Shown here one piece after another: positions 25,810-34,237 of a stretch of DNA of 64,000 nt; within the stretch, counting starts at the first letter, position 1; the number at the start of each line of letters is the position of its first letter. The position numbers were made by a program, and so were the translations under genes. Source of the DNA: Sphingomonadaceae bacterium (GTDB taxonomy: Bacteria > Chloroflexota > UBA6077); contig JBLNDL010000042.1 in assembly GCA_050261575.1 (NCBI GenBank), positions 1-64,000 of the forward strand, in the 5' to 3' direction. The notes beneath the pieces are model-generated. The model was given only the letters and a program-made list of their open reading frames with translations, was not told the origin of the DNA and searched no databases.

Positions 25810-27126
25810 ATGGCACCATACACAATTCTGGAAATCCCTCTGGCGAACTTGCTTGTGAACTGCGAGAACCCCCGGTATGACCCTCAGCCCAGCCAGAGAG
25901 AAGCCATCGCGGCCATTGCCACCGATGAGCCCTCGAAGCTGGTTGCTCTCGCGGAGGATATCCTGGAGAAGGGCTTAAACCCTTCCGAGCTGATCATGGT
26001 GGCGCCCGCAGAGCAGCCCGGAATGTACAACGTGCAGGAGGGCAATCGCCGGATAGTCGCCCTGAAGCTGGCAGCGTGCCCACAGTTACTGGATTCGATT
26101 GATCTTCCCGGTAAGGTGAGGACTCGGTTCAAAGCGATCGTTAAGAATGCCAACGGAGAGGTGCCGTCGACTATTGCCTGCGCCCTCGTTCCCGAGGAGG
26201 ACGCGAAACATTGGATCCGGCTGAAACACACCGGTCAGAATGACGGTGTGGGTGTCGTTCCGTGGAATGGCGCTGCTAGGCACCGGTTTCGAGGTAATTC
26301 CGTAGCTCTCCAGGCTATAGAACTGGTGGACAAGCACAAGCTCCTGGATGAGGAGACGCGCGCCAAGCTCCCGAAGATACCCATCACCAACATCGAGCGT
26401 GTTCTCAGCACGCCGGAGGCTAGGCAGCTCATCGGCGTGGAGTGGAAAGACAAGCGCCTGTCATTGGTGGGGGCAGAGGATGAAGTGTTGGGCCGGCTGG
26501 CGATAATCATTACCCAAGTGGCCAACATGACGATTCGGGTCTCCGATCTGGACACCAAGCAGCAGCGCGTGGAGTATGCCGAGAGGATCGCCGCCATGCC
26601 ACTTCCGCCGGAAGGAGGCCAAGCCGTCGCGGGGGGAAAAGTCGCCTCGGCGACACCGGCAGCTGGGGAGCGTCGGCGAATAGGCGTTGAACGCAAGACC
26701 TTGATACCCCGCAGCTTGAAGCTGAGGATCCCCTCTCAAAGGATCAACCGCATCTACGACGAGCTGCAGAAGCTGAAAGTGGATGACTTCGTCAATTGCT
26801 GCGCCGTGATGTTTCGCGTGTTCATCGAATTGAGTGCCGACCACTATGGCCAAGCCCACGGTGTTTCGCTAATATCTACACAGGGCAAAGAGATGAGCCT
26901 GAAGGAAAAGATCCGAGCCGTGGCCGACGATCTTGAAAAGAGGGGCGTCTGCAACAAGGCACAGCTGAAGGGGATCCGCGCTCTTGCAGCTAACAAGGAT
27001 CATGTCCTTTCAGTCGATGCGCTCAATGCCTACGTCCACAACATGTACTACAATCCTACGGCCAGAGATCTAAAGGCGGACTGGGACACCATTCAGCCAT
27101 TCGTGGAAGGTGTCTGGGCCGACTGA
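25810..27126 (+). CDS. ParB/Srx-like N-terminal plus HEPN-like C-terminal protein (candidate defence effector)
   Basis: NPR...VQEGNRRIVALK; C-terminal AVMFRVFIELS...LNAYVHN. Confidence 0.65.
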   Translation: MAPYTILEIPLANLLVNCENPRYDPQPSQREAIAAIATDEPSKLVALAEDILEKGLNPSELIMVAPAEQPGMYNVQEGNRRIVALKLAACPQLLDSIDLPGKVRTRFKAIVKNANGEVPSTIACALVPEEDAKHWIRLKHTGQNDGVGVVPWNGAARHRFRGNSVALQAIELVDKHKLLDEETRAKLPKIPITNIERVLSTPEARQLIGVEWKDKRLSLVGAEDEVLGRLAIIITQVANMTIRVSDLDTKQQRVEYAERIAAMPLPPEGGQAVAGGKVASATPAAGERRRIGVERKTLIPRSLKLRIPSQRINRIYDELQKLKVDDFVNCCAVMFRVFIELSADHYGQAHGVSLISTQGKEMSLKEKIRAVADDLEKRGVCNKAQLKGIRALAANKDHVLSVDALNAYVHNMYYNPTARDLKADWDTIQPFVEGVWAD

Positions 27127-27132
27127 GGCGGG

Positions 27133-28038
27133 GTGAGTATGGCTAGCCAACAGAACCACAGCTTCCTGAGCCCCCTTCGCTATCCGGGCGGCAAGGGTCC
27201 CCTGGCCAATTTCGTGAAGCTGGTTGTTGCGCACAACGGCCTGAGCGACGGCGACTATGTGGAGGTGTTCGCTGGGGGAGCGAGCGTGGCCTGGGCACTC
27301 CTGTTCGAGGAGTATGTGCGGCATGTTCATCTGAACGACCTGGACGTCAGCGTGATAGCGTTCTGGCGCTCCGTCTTGGAGGACACCGAGGGTCTGTGCC
27401 GTCTGATCCGGGACACGCCGGTCACGATGGAGCAATGGCACCTGCAGCGAGCTGTACAAACCAATCCAGAGGGACACTCCAGGCTCGAGGTCGGGTTTAG
27501 CACCTTCTTCCTCAATCGGACTAACCGATCTGGCATCCTCAAAGGCGGGGTTATCGGGGGCAAAAACCAGGCCGGCCCGTGGAAAATGGACGCGCGCTAC
27601 AACAAGGTGGACCTGATCCAGCGGATCCAGCGCATTGCGCGGTACGCCGGCCGGATCCATATCTATAATCAGGATGCTGCTCACTTCATCAAGACTGTTC
27701 TCCCCCGGCTACCTGACGCGACCCTTGTCTACCTAGATCCGCCCTATTTCACCAAAGGGCAGGGGCTCTACGAGAACCATTATTCGGCGCGTGATCACAG
27801 GGCCATCGCAGACCTCGTCCTCAATGAGGTGAGGCAGCCGTGGATCGTGTCCTACGACGCAGCTGCTGAGATTCTAAGCCTCTATGAAGGCCATCCGCGC
27901 ATTCTCTACAACATCGTTTACAGTGCGCAGGCCCCATATCAGGGGTGCGAGGTGCTTTTCTGCCGGAGAGATCTCGCCGTGCCTCAGGTGGCCACGCCTC
28001 TGGGGTTGAAGCGGCCAGCCTACTCGCGACCAGCCTGA
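27133..28038 (+). CDS. DNA adenine methyltransferase (Dam/D12 class)
   Basis: SPLRYPGGKG, EVFAGGA, LNRTNRSG, YLDPPY. Confidence 0.93.
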   Translation: MSMASQQNHSFLSPLRYPGGKGPLANFVKLVVAHNGLSDGDYVEVFAGGASVAWALLFEEYVRHVHLNDLDVSVIAFWRSVLEDTEGLCRLIRDTPVTMEQWHLQRAVQTNPEGHSRLEVGFSTFFLNRTNRSGILKGGVIGGKNQAGPWKMDARYNKVDLIQRIQRIARYAGRIHIYNQDAAHFIKTVLPRLPDATLVYLDPPYFTKGQGLYENHYSARDHRAIADLVLNEVRQPWIVSYDAAAEILSLYEGHPRILYNIVYSAQAPYQGCEVLFCRRDLAVPQVATPLGLKRPAYSRPA

Positions 28039-28081
28039 ACCGCCGGCCTTCCTGTTCTGCTCGATAGTAAGAGATGGGGTG

Positions 28082-28110
28082 TTGCTATAGAACTAGCGTT
28101 CTAGTATCAT
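28082..28110 (+). promoter_or_regulatory. Promoter with a LexA-type box (GAAC-N4-GTTC) in the spacer
   Basis: TTGCTA(28082)-17-TATCAT(28105); GAACtagcGTTC at 28090-28101. Confidence 0.75.
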
Positions 28111-28137
28111 CAACCAAATTCCGTTGGGGGTGTCTGG

Positions 28138-28824
28138 ATGGTGGTTCATGAGCCTCCTCTTCGCTCTTTCATCCAGGAAGGCCAGTTGGTTCAGGAGGTA
28201 GTGGAGTACGCCATCACCGAGCACAGGGAGAGTTGCCCCTGGAGGGCGATCCTGGAAGCGTCGCCCGCCCTAGCCTGCATGGTGGCCTGCTGCCGGCCGT
28301 CGCCGCGGCCGGAGGGCGAGCTGTTGCGGCAGCCCCAGCTGCTGGTAGTGGCGGACCTGGCGGCGGTCCATGAGCTGGCGGCTCGGGCGCTGCGCCAGGG
28401 TGGGGCGGCGAAGCCACCGGTGGCCACCAACCTGGTAGCCCTCCTGGACCCGGAGCGGCTGGTGTACATTCGGGACGCCACCATGGAGGCTCGCGCGGAG
28501 CATCTGCTCGCCGGGGATAGCTGGGTGATCCGGGTGAACAGGGTCCTGGGGCGCAACGCCCGACGCTTCGCCATCATGAGCCAGGGCTTTCACCTGATGC
28601 GGGCGGCCCGGGGCCTGGAGCTGCAAAGCCACGGGACGGCAGCCCTGAACTGGCTGGCCGATCGCTTCGCCGCTTACGTGCTGATGCCGGAAGAGTGGGT
28701 GAGGGAGCTCCACGCCAAGACGGAGAACCTGGCCAGCCTGGCGGGGATCTTCCAGGTAAGCCAGACGGCCATGAGGATCCGGCTGCGGGAGCTGGGGCTC
28801 GCCGACTTTCCCGCCGAGCGGTAG
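28138..28824 (+). CDS. ImmA/IrrE (Peptidase_M78)-like protein with degenerate zinc site
   Basis: RRFAIMSQGFH replaces RRFTIAHELGH; ADRFAAYVLMP; LAGIFQVS..AMRIRL C-terminal HTH. Confidence 0.8.
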   Translation: MVVHEPPLRSFIQEGQLVQEVVEYAITEHRESCPWRAILEASPALACMVACCRPSPRPEGELLRQPQLLVVADLAAVHELAARALRQGGAAKPPVATNLVALLDPERLVYIRDATMEARAEHLLAGDSWVIRVNRVLGRNARRFAIMSQGFHLMRAARGLELQSHGTAALNWLADRFAAYVLMPEEWVRELHAKTENLASLAGIFQVSQTAMRIRLRELGLADFPAER

Positions 28825-28970
28825 CCCGGCCTCCGACGCGACCGACGTCGATCAAATCCAGTGATCCAAAGTGTTCCCATCGGGCTATAATGTCGCCATC
28901 CTAGATGGTTGTTGATGAAGGCTCGACTAGTGCGTGCTAGCGCACAGCTGTGCGAGGGAGGTTCGATCCG

Positions 28971-30464
28971 ATGAAGCGGCTACTCGTCGGTCTAACCGTG
29001 GTGGTTGGTGTCGTCTTCCTGGGACTCGGCTCAGCCATGGCCGAGTCAAAGCCCGAATTCAGGCTGGGCTTCAAGGCCCTTTCCGATCAGATTCCCGATG
29101 TCGTCGGCGATCCCCTTGAGAACGAGCACTGGGGTACGAATGGGGATTCGCTGCAGCGCACCAGCAAGGGCCTGATGGTGTGGCGGAAGGCCGACAACTG
29201 GACCGCCTTCACCAACGGTGCGGAGACCTGGATCAACGGGCCAGAAGGACTGCAGAGCCGGCCGAACGATCAGCGGTTTCCATGGGAGAATGACCCGGTG
29301 TCTCCACAGGGCACTGAATACGCGCCGGTCATCATCAACGGCATTCAGGCACGCGATGGTAGCAAGCCCTTGGTCTGGATAAACGGATTGCCTTGCCAGG
29401 ACCCGAGCCAGGGCGGAACAAACTGCTACTCGCTGGCTGGCGGGACCATGGTGAGGGCTGGTGGCCGCAACTATCGATGGTTAGGCGGCACCAGTTTTGT
29501 AGATGCAGGCCCATACCCTACTGCTTCTCAGCCCTCGGGCCAACAACCGCCAGTCCCACAGGCGGTTCCGCCTGTTTCGCCCGCCCCCGCTGCAGCAACG
29601 CTCCAGGAAGCTGCACAGTTGATGCGCAGCTACACCATCGCCATCACAACCAACAATGGTAAGGGTAGCGGAGTGTCTCTGGGCAGCGGCCGAATCCTAA
29701 CCGCAGCCCACGTTGTCACTGGCGCGACCAACATCACCATCTGGTCAGTCGATGGGCAGCCTATCCGCGCGCAACTCGCTGGGATCGATCTTGCGCGCGA
29801 TCTGGCACTTCTCCTGGCACCTAGTCTTCGTGCGCCAGCGGCACCCATCGGCGATTCCTCCGGTTTGAAGTTGGGAGACACGATCTTGGTCCTTGGCTAT
29901 CCAAGACCAGATGCTATCGGGATGGGCGAGCCGACGCTCACACAGGGGATACTCTCCTCTCGCAAGAACAGAGCAGGAGTAGAGGTTCTGCAAACCGATG
30001 CCGCCATCAATCCTGGCAACTCTGGCGGACCAGTTGCTGACGGAGCGGGGCGCCTGGTGGGAATCGCCGACTTCATAATCACGGAGGCCGAAGGGCTAAA
30101 CTTCGCCGTGGCGGGCACCGCGATCAAAGACTTCCTGTCAGGCCCACAGGGACTGGCCAACTCGTCTGTGCCCTATCAGATGCAGTCCTTCGGTGTTCCG
30201 GCGGACAAATGGGCAGCCTACACGTGGAGGCTGGCAACGACCGGAGCAGCCTTGGAGGGATACTTCACGGTATCCGGTGACAAAGATGTGGGGTTCCGGA
30301 TCACCGGGCCATCTGACAGCATACTGCTCGACCCTGGGCGTGTTGAGGGGCCCTATGCCTTCGGGATCAGATCGACATCGCCTGGTCCCCATACGCTGTA
30401 CTTCGACAACACCTATTCCATCTTTACCACGAAGAACATCACCCTGTTCTACAGGGTTCACTAG
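28971..30464 (+). CDS. Secreted trypsin-like serine protease with WRKADNWTAFT domain and C-terminal GOLD-like domain
   Basis: Signal peptide; TAAHV / DLALL / GNSGG triad; YFDNTYSIFTTK. Confidence 0.85.
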   Translation: MKRLLVGLTVVVGVVFLGLGSAMAESKPEFRLGFKALSDQIPDVVGDPLENEHWGTNGDSLQRTSKGLMVWRKADNWTAFTNGAETWINGPEGLQSRPNDQRFPWENDPVSPQGTEYAPVIINGIQARDGSKPLVWINGLPCQDPSQGGTNCYSLAGGTMVRAGGRNYRWLGGTSFVDAGPYPTASQPSGQQPPVPQAVPPVSPAPAAATLQEAAQLMRSYTIAITTNNGKGSGVSLGSGRILTAAHVVTGATNITIWSVDGQPIRAQLAGIDLARDLALLLAPSLRAPAAPIGDSSGLKLGDTILVLGYPRPDAIGMGEPTLTQGILSSRKNRAGVEVLQTDAAINPGNSGGPVADGAGRLVGIADFIITEAEGLNFAVAGTAIKDFLSGPQGLANSSVPYQMQSFGVPADKWAAYTWRLATTGAALEGYFTVSGDKDVGFRITGPSDSILLDPGRVEGPYAFGIRSTSPGPHTLYFDNTYSIFTTKNITLFYRVH

Positions 30465-30482
30465 CGCGGTTGCCGGTAGCAG

Positions 30483-32204
30483 GTGGAGCGGATGCCCAAA
30501 CGCCCCAGATGCAAGTGCCAGGATCCCACCGCCGTGGCGATCCTGGCCAGGATCAGCGACAAGGAAAAGCAGGGACAGGCCAGCCTGGAGGAGCAGGTCC
30601 GGCAGACGCGGGAGCTGCTGGTGGAGCCCCAGGGCTGGCATGTGGTGGCCGAGTACCTAGTGCGGCACCGGGGCTCGGACCTCTCGCGGGATCCGACCTA
30701 TATGACCATGGTCCGGGACGCGCGGGCCGGCAAGTTCGCTCGCCTCTGCCTGCATAAGTTCGACCGCTTCGCCCGTCGGGCCTACGACCGGGAGGTGTTC
30801 GAGCATATCCTGACCCGAGAGTGCGGCATTGCCCTGCACGCGGCCCTGGAGCCGTACGATCTCAGCACGCGAGCCGGGAAGCTGACCAAGAAGACCTCCG
30901 CCTTCATCAGCGATATCTTCCTGGACAACCTGGCGGAGGAGACGGTGAAGGGAATGGTGGCCAAGGTCACCCGCGGCGGCTGGGTTGCCCGAGCGCCCTT
31001 TGGGTACGTGAACAAGCGCGAGGAGATCGGCCACAACAAGTTCCGTCGGTGGGTGGAGGTCGATCCGATCCATGGTCCCGTGGCGCGCCTGGTTTTCGAG
31101 ATGTTCGCCAGCGGCCAGTACACCCTGGACGGACTGGCCGATTGGCTGAACCGTCACGGCTACACATGGCACAATGGCCGACAGTGGCGCCGGGATCGCG
31201 TCCACAGGTTGCTCTTGAACCCCTTCTATGCCGGCCTCATCCGCTGGAACGGGATCGAGGCCCAGGGTGCCCATGAGCCGCTGGTGGATCCCCAGACGCG
31301 GCAGGCATGTCTGTCCATACTGCGGGAGCACGATCAGGATCGCGAGAGACGGTCCCGGCACACCTATGTGCTAAATCGACTGCTGTACTGGGCAGAGCTG
31401 GGCTGCCGCTCGCACGCCGAACACCAGGCCCACGCCGGCGCCAGCTATTACCGATCAATCAAGCCGGGTCCGGATGGATCGCGAATATGCATCCGCTGTG
31501 AGGTTGTCGATGACCAGGTGGGTGTGATCCTGGACGAGCTCGAGATACCACCGTCGCTGCACCCGGCCCTGCGACGCGCCTATAGGCGGGAGATATCCGA
31601 GGCAGCGGCCCCCTACCGGTCTCGAGCCGCGGAGCTCCGGCGTCGTCTTGTAGAGCTGGAGGAGGAGAGCCGGGGCTACGTGAGACTGGCGGCTCAGGGG
31701 CGCATCACCGAGGAGGAGTTCGACGCCGAGCGGCGGCGCGTACAGGGGGCGGTTGCGGCTGTGCGGGAAGATCTCGCCGCCATCGAATCGGGCGGACAGA
31801 GCCAGGTATCGGACCTGGACCTGGCGCTGGCATTCTCGGCCAGGCTGGGTTGCCTGTGGGAGCGCGCCGATGCGGCCCACCGGCGGGCGATAGCTCACCT
31901 GGTGTTCAAGCGGGTATCCATCGACAGCAGCGGAACCGTGGTCGACTATCAGTTGGCGCCTCCCTTCGGATACCTCGCTGCGCTGAAAAGGGCCTGCTAC
32001 CCCGCCCAAGGGGGGCCGTCCCGTTCGAAACACGTCGCAGGTGGGCTACCAATCGGGACACCGGTGGGCCGGCTCGCTCGAGCCGGCCCGTTGTTGTCTG
32101 GGGGGCGGCGCGCTAGGGCAGGCTCGACAGCAACTCCTGCAGGGCTTGCGCGGAGGCTGCCAGCACCACGAGGATCAGGATGGCGTAGGCAACGATCAGG
32201 GTAA
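30483..32204 (+). CDS. Large serine integrase (C-terminus crosses attR)
   Basis: ARISD catalytic Ser, KFDRFAR, APFGY, LLLNPFYAG, HEPLVD; coiled coil. Confidence 0.93.
   Translation: MERMPKRPRCKCQDPTAVAILARISDKEKQGQASLEEQVRQTRELLVEPQGWHVVAEYLVRHRGSDLSRDPTYMTMVRDARAGKFARLCLHKFDRFARRAYDREVFEHILTRECGIALHAALEPYDLSTRAGKLTKKTSAFISDIFLDNLAEETVKGMVAKVTRGGWVARAPFGYVNKREEIGHNKFRRWVEVDPIHGPVARLVFEMFASGQYTLDGLADWLNRHGYTWHNGRQWRRDRVHRLLLNPFYAGLIRWNGIEAQGAHEPLVDPQTRQACLSILREHDQDRERRSRHTYVLNRLLYWAELGCRSHAEHQAHAGASYYRSIKPGPDGSRICIRCEVVDDQVGVILDELEIPPSLHPALRRAYRREISEAAAPYRSRAAELRRRLVELEEESRGYVRLAAQGRITEEEFDAERRRVQGAVAAVREDLAAIESGGQSQVSDLDLALAFSARLGCLWERADAAHRRAIAHLVFKRVSIDSSGTVVDYQLAPPFGYLAALKRACYPAQGGPSRSKHVAGGLPIGTPVGRLARAGPLLSGGRRARAGSTATPAGLARRLPAPRGSGWRRQRSG
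32023..32065 (+). other. attR (P-O-B')
   Basis: GTTCGAA (32023-32029) and core GCTACCA (32045-32051). Confidence 0.85.
32066..32098 (+). terminator. Hairpin, probably the original tRNA-Glu terminator displaced by integration
   Basis: GGGCCGGCTCG-CT-CGAGCCGGCCC then GTTGTTGTC. Confidence 0.6.
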
Positions 32205-32482
32205 GCAGGTTGACACCGTGGGTCATGACACGCCTCCCGCACCTCGGATTCGATACCGATCGGCCAGGGACCGTAGCTGTACTGTGCCTTGGGCACGCTC
32301 CATTCCACTTCCGGTGCCCACTCAGGCCTCATTGGGCGGGCTTTCCTGCTCATACGGCGGGGCCGTTCCACGTACCGGTTCGCCCCCGCCGAATTGGCTT
32401 GATGGCCCACACCAGGAAGCCCAAGAGCCCTGCTGCTCCAATCATTGACGCTCTACGAGAGGTCAGCTAGAATCTCTGTGAC

Positions 32483-32632
32483 TCAAGGGGAGTAGCGTCG
32501 GAACGCGTCGCGCCGGCGCGACGCGGCGACGGGATCGACACACCGGCCTCGGCCCGGTCCCGTCGCTTGGCCTCACCGCCAAGTCGCGAGACCTTCGGTC
32601 CTGGGTGACGCCCGACCGGGGTCTCTTTTTTG
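32483..32632 (+). ncRNA. yybP-ykoY manganese riboswitch with terminator
   Basis: AAGGGGAGTAGC...GACAC...GAGACCTT; hairpin plus T-run; upstream of mntP. Confidence 0.85.
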
Positions 32633-32663
32633 TTGCCCAGCAATCCCACTGAGGAGTGAGGCG

Positions 32664-33218
32664 ATGGAGTTCTTTCCCCTGCTGGGCATAGCTTTCGGTC
32701 TGGCGATGGATGCCTTCTCCGTCGCGGTGGCCAGCGGCATTATGCTGGGCACGGTGACTCACCGCCAGGCGTTCCGCCTCTCCTTCCACTTCGGCCTGTT
32801 TCAAGCCGGCATGCCTGTCCTCGGCTGGCTGGCCGGATCTCTGGTGGCCCAGCAGATCGGCGCCTTCGACCACTGGGTAGCCTTCGGCCTCCTCGGGTAC
32901 GTGGGCGGGAAGATGCTGTGGGAGGCCTTTCGCTCGGAGGCGGAGTGCGTGCGCGGCGACCCGACCAGGGGCTCCACTCTCATCATGCTCTCCCTCGCCA
33001 CCAGCATTGACGCGCTCGCCATCGGCCTCAGCCTCGCTTTGCTGAGGGTACCCGTGCTGTTCCCCGCCCTGGTGATCGGCCTCGTCGCCTGCACGATGAC
33101 AGGGGTGGGCCTGCAACTCGGCAAGCGGGCGGGCCACCTGCTGGGGAACAAGATGGAGATCCTCGGGGGCCTGGTGCTGATAGGGATTGGCTTCAAGATC
33201 CTCCTCTCCCACTTGTGA
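32664..33218 (+). CDS. mntP: Manganese efflux pump MntP
   Basis: [28 protein letters not shown]. Confidence 0.95.
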   Translation: MEFFPLLGIAFGLAMDAFSVAVASGIMLGTVTHRQAFRLSFHFGLFQAGMPVLGWLAGSLVAQQIGAFDHWVAFGLLGYVGGKMLWEAFRSEAECVRGDPTRGSTLIMLSLATSIDALAIGLSLALLRVPVLFPALVIGLVACTMTGVGLQLGKRAGHLLGNKMEILGGLVLIGIGFKILLSHL

Positions 33219-33354
33219 GCGGTGCGACCGCGCACGTAGCGGGAAACGCAGCCTCGTTGACAATGTCCCGAACAGGGAATATCCTTCCTTATGTCGCCGG
33301 TCGTTGGCGACACCAGCGGCTCGTGCCCGTCACGCCAACCTTTTGGAGGTGCAG

Positions 33355-33537
33355 ATGCCTTCGTTTGGCCCTTGGGAACTGATCCTCATCCTCGGTATCG
33401 TCGTCATCGTGTTCGGGGTCGGGAAGCTTCCGGAGGTTGGTGGCGCTCTTGGAAAGGGCATCAAGGAGTTCCGGAAGGCCACGGCCGACGATAGCAGCGC
33501 GGCGCCCAAAGAGGCCCCCGAGAAGGAATCGAAGTAG
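33355..33537 (+). CDS. tatA: Twin-arginine translocase TatA/E
   Basis: [31 protein letters not shown]. Confidence 0.95.
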   Translation: MPSFGPWELILILGIVVIVFGVGKLPEVGGALGKGIKEFRKATADDSSAAPKEAPEKESK

Positions 33538-33615
33538 GCCGGATCCTGTGCGGCCTCTTGCATTCTCCGACTGGATCGACCCGCGTCGATCCAGTCTGCT
33601 GTTTCAGGACGAACG

Positions 33616-34227
33616 ATGGATAGCTACAGTGCGGTGGTGCTCGCTGGGGGGAGGGCCACGCGGTTGGGGGGTGCGAACAAGGCTCGCCTCGAGGTCGGTG
33701 GCGTGCCCCTCATAGATCGGGTCATCGCCGCGCTGCGACCCCTGGCAGATCAAATCGTAGTCGTCGGTCACCTGGCGGGCGAGGTCGCCCGGCCGGGGGT
33801 CGAGGTCGTGCCGGACGCCTTCCCCTCCGGTAGCACGCTGGTGGGGATCTACAGCGGGCTCCGCGCCGCGCGCAACGACCTGGCGTTGGTGGTCGGCTGC
33901 GATATGCCATTCCTCTCCACTCCGATGCTGCGCATGATCGCCCGAATGGCCGAGGGCTACGATCTGGCGGTCCCAAGGGTGGGGACTATGCTGGAGGCGC
34001 TCCACGCCGCCTACCGGCGCTCGTGCCTTCCGGCGATGGAGTTGGCCATCGAGCGGCAACAGTTCAAGATCGTCGACCTCTACCCTCTGGTCAGGGTACG
34101 CGAGGTCGGCGAGGAGGATCTGAGGGCTGTGGACCCGAACCTCAGGTCCTTCTTCAACGTCAACACCCCCTCCGATCTGGAGAGGGCCCGCGCCCTGGTG
34201 GCGCAACGAGAAACGGGCATACCCTAA
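33616..34227 (+). CDS. mobA: Molybdenum cofactor guanylyltransferase
   Basis: VLAGGRATRLGG.NK, GCDMP, FFNVNTP. Confidence 0.92.
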   Translation: MDSYSAVVLAGGRATRLGGANKARLEVGGVPLIDRVIAALRPLADQIVVVGHLAGEVARPGVEVVPDAFPSGSTLVGIYSGLRAARNDLALVVGCDMPFLSTPMLRMIARMAEGYDLAVPRVGTMLEALHAAYRRSCLPAMELAIERQQFKIVDLYPLVRVREVGEEDLRAVDPNLRSFFNVNTPSDLERARALVAQRETGIP

Positions 34228-34237
34228 GGAGGCTGCG

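Larger units (their letters stand above)
256..32051. mobile_element. Integrated provirus, probably a tailless double-jelly-roll (Varidnaviria-like) temperate virus
   Basis: Bounded by GCTACCA core (256-262, 32045-32051) with a reconstructable attP inverted repeat; contains integrase, repressor, primase, capsid, ATPase and lysis genes; host genes resume after 32.1 kb. Confidence 0.9.
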
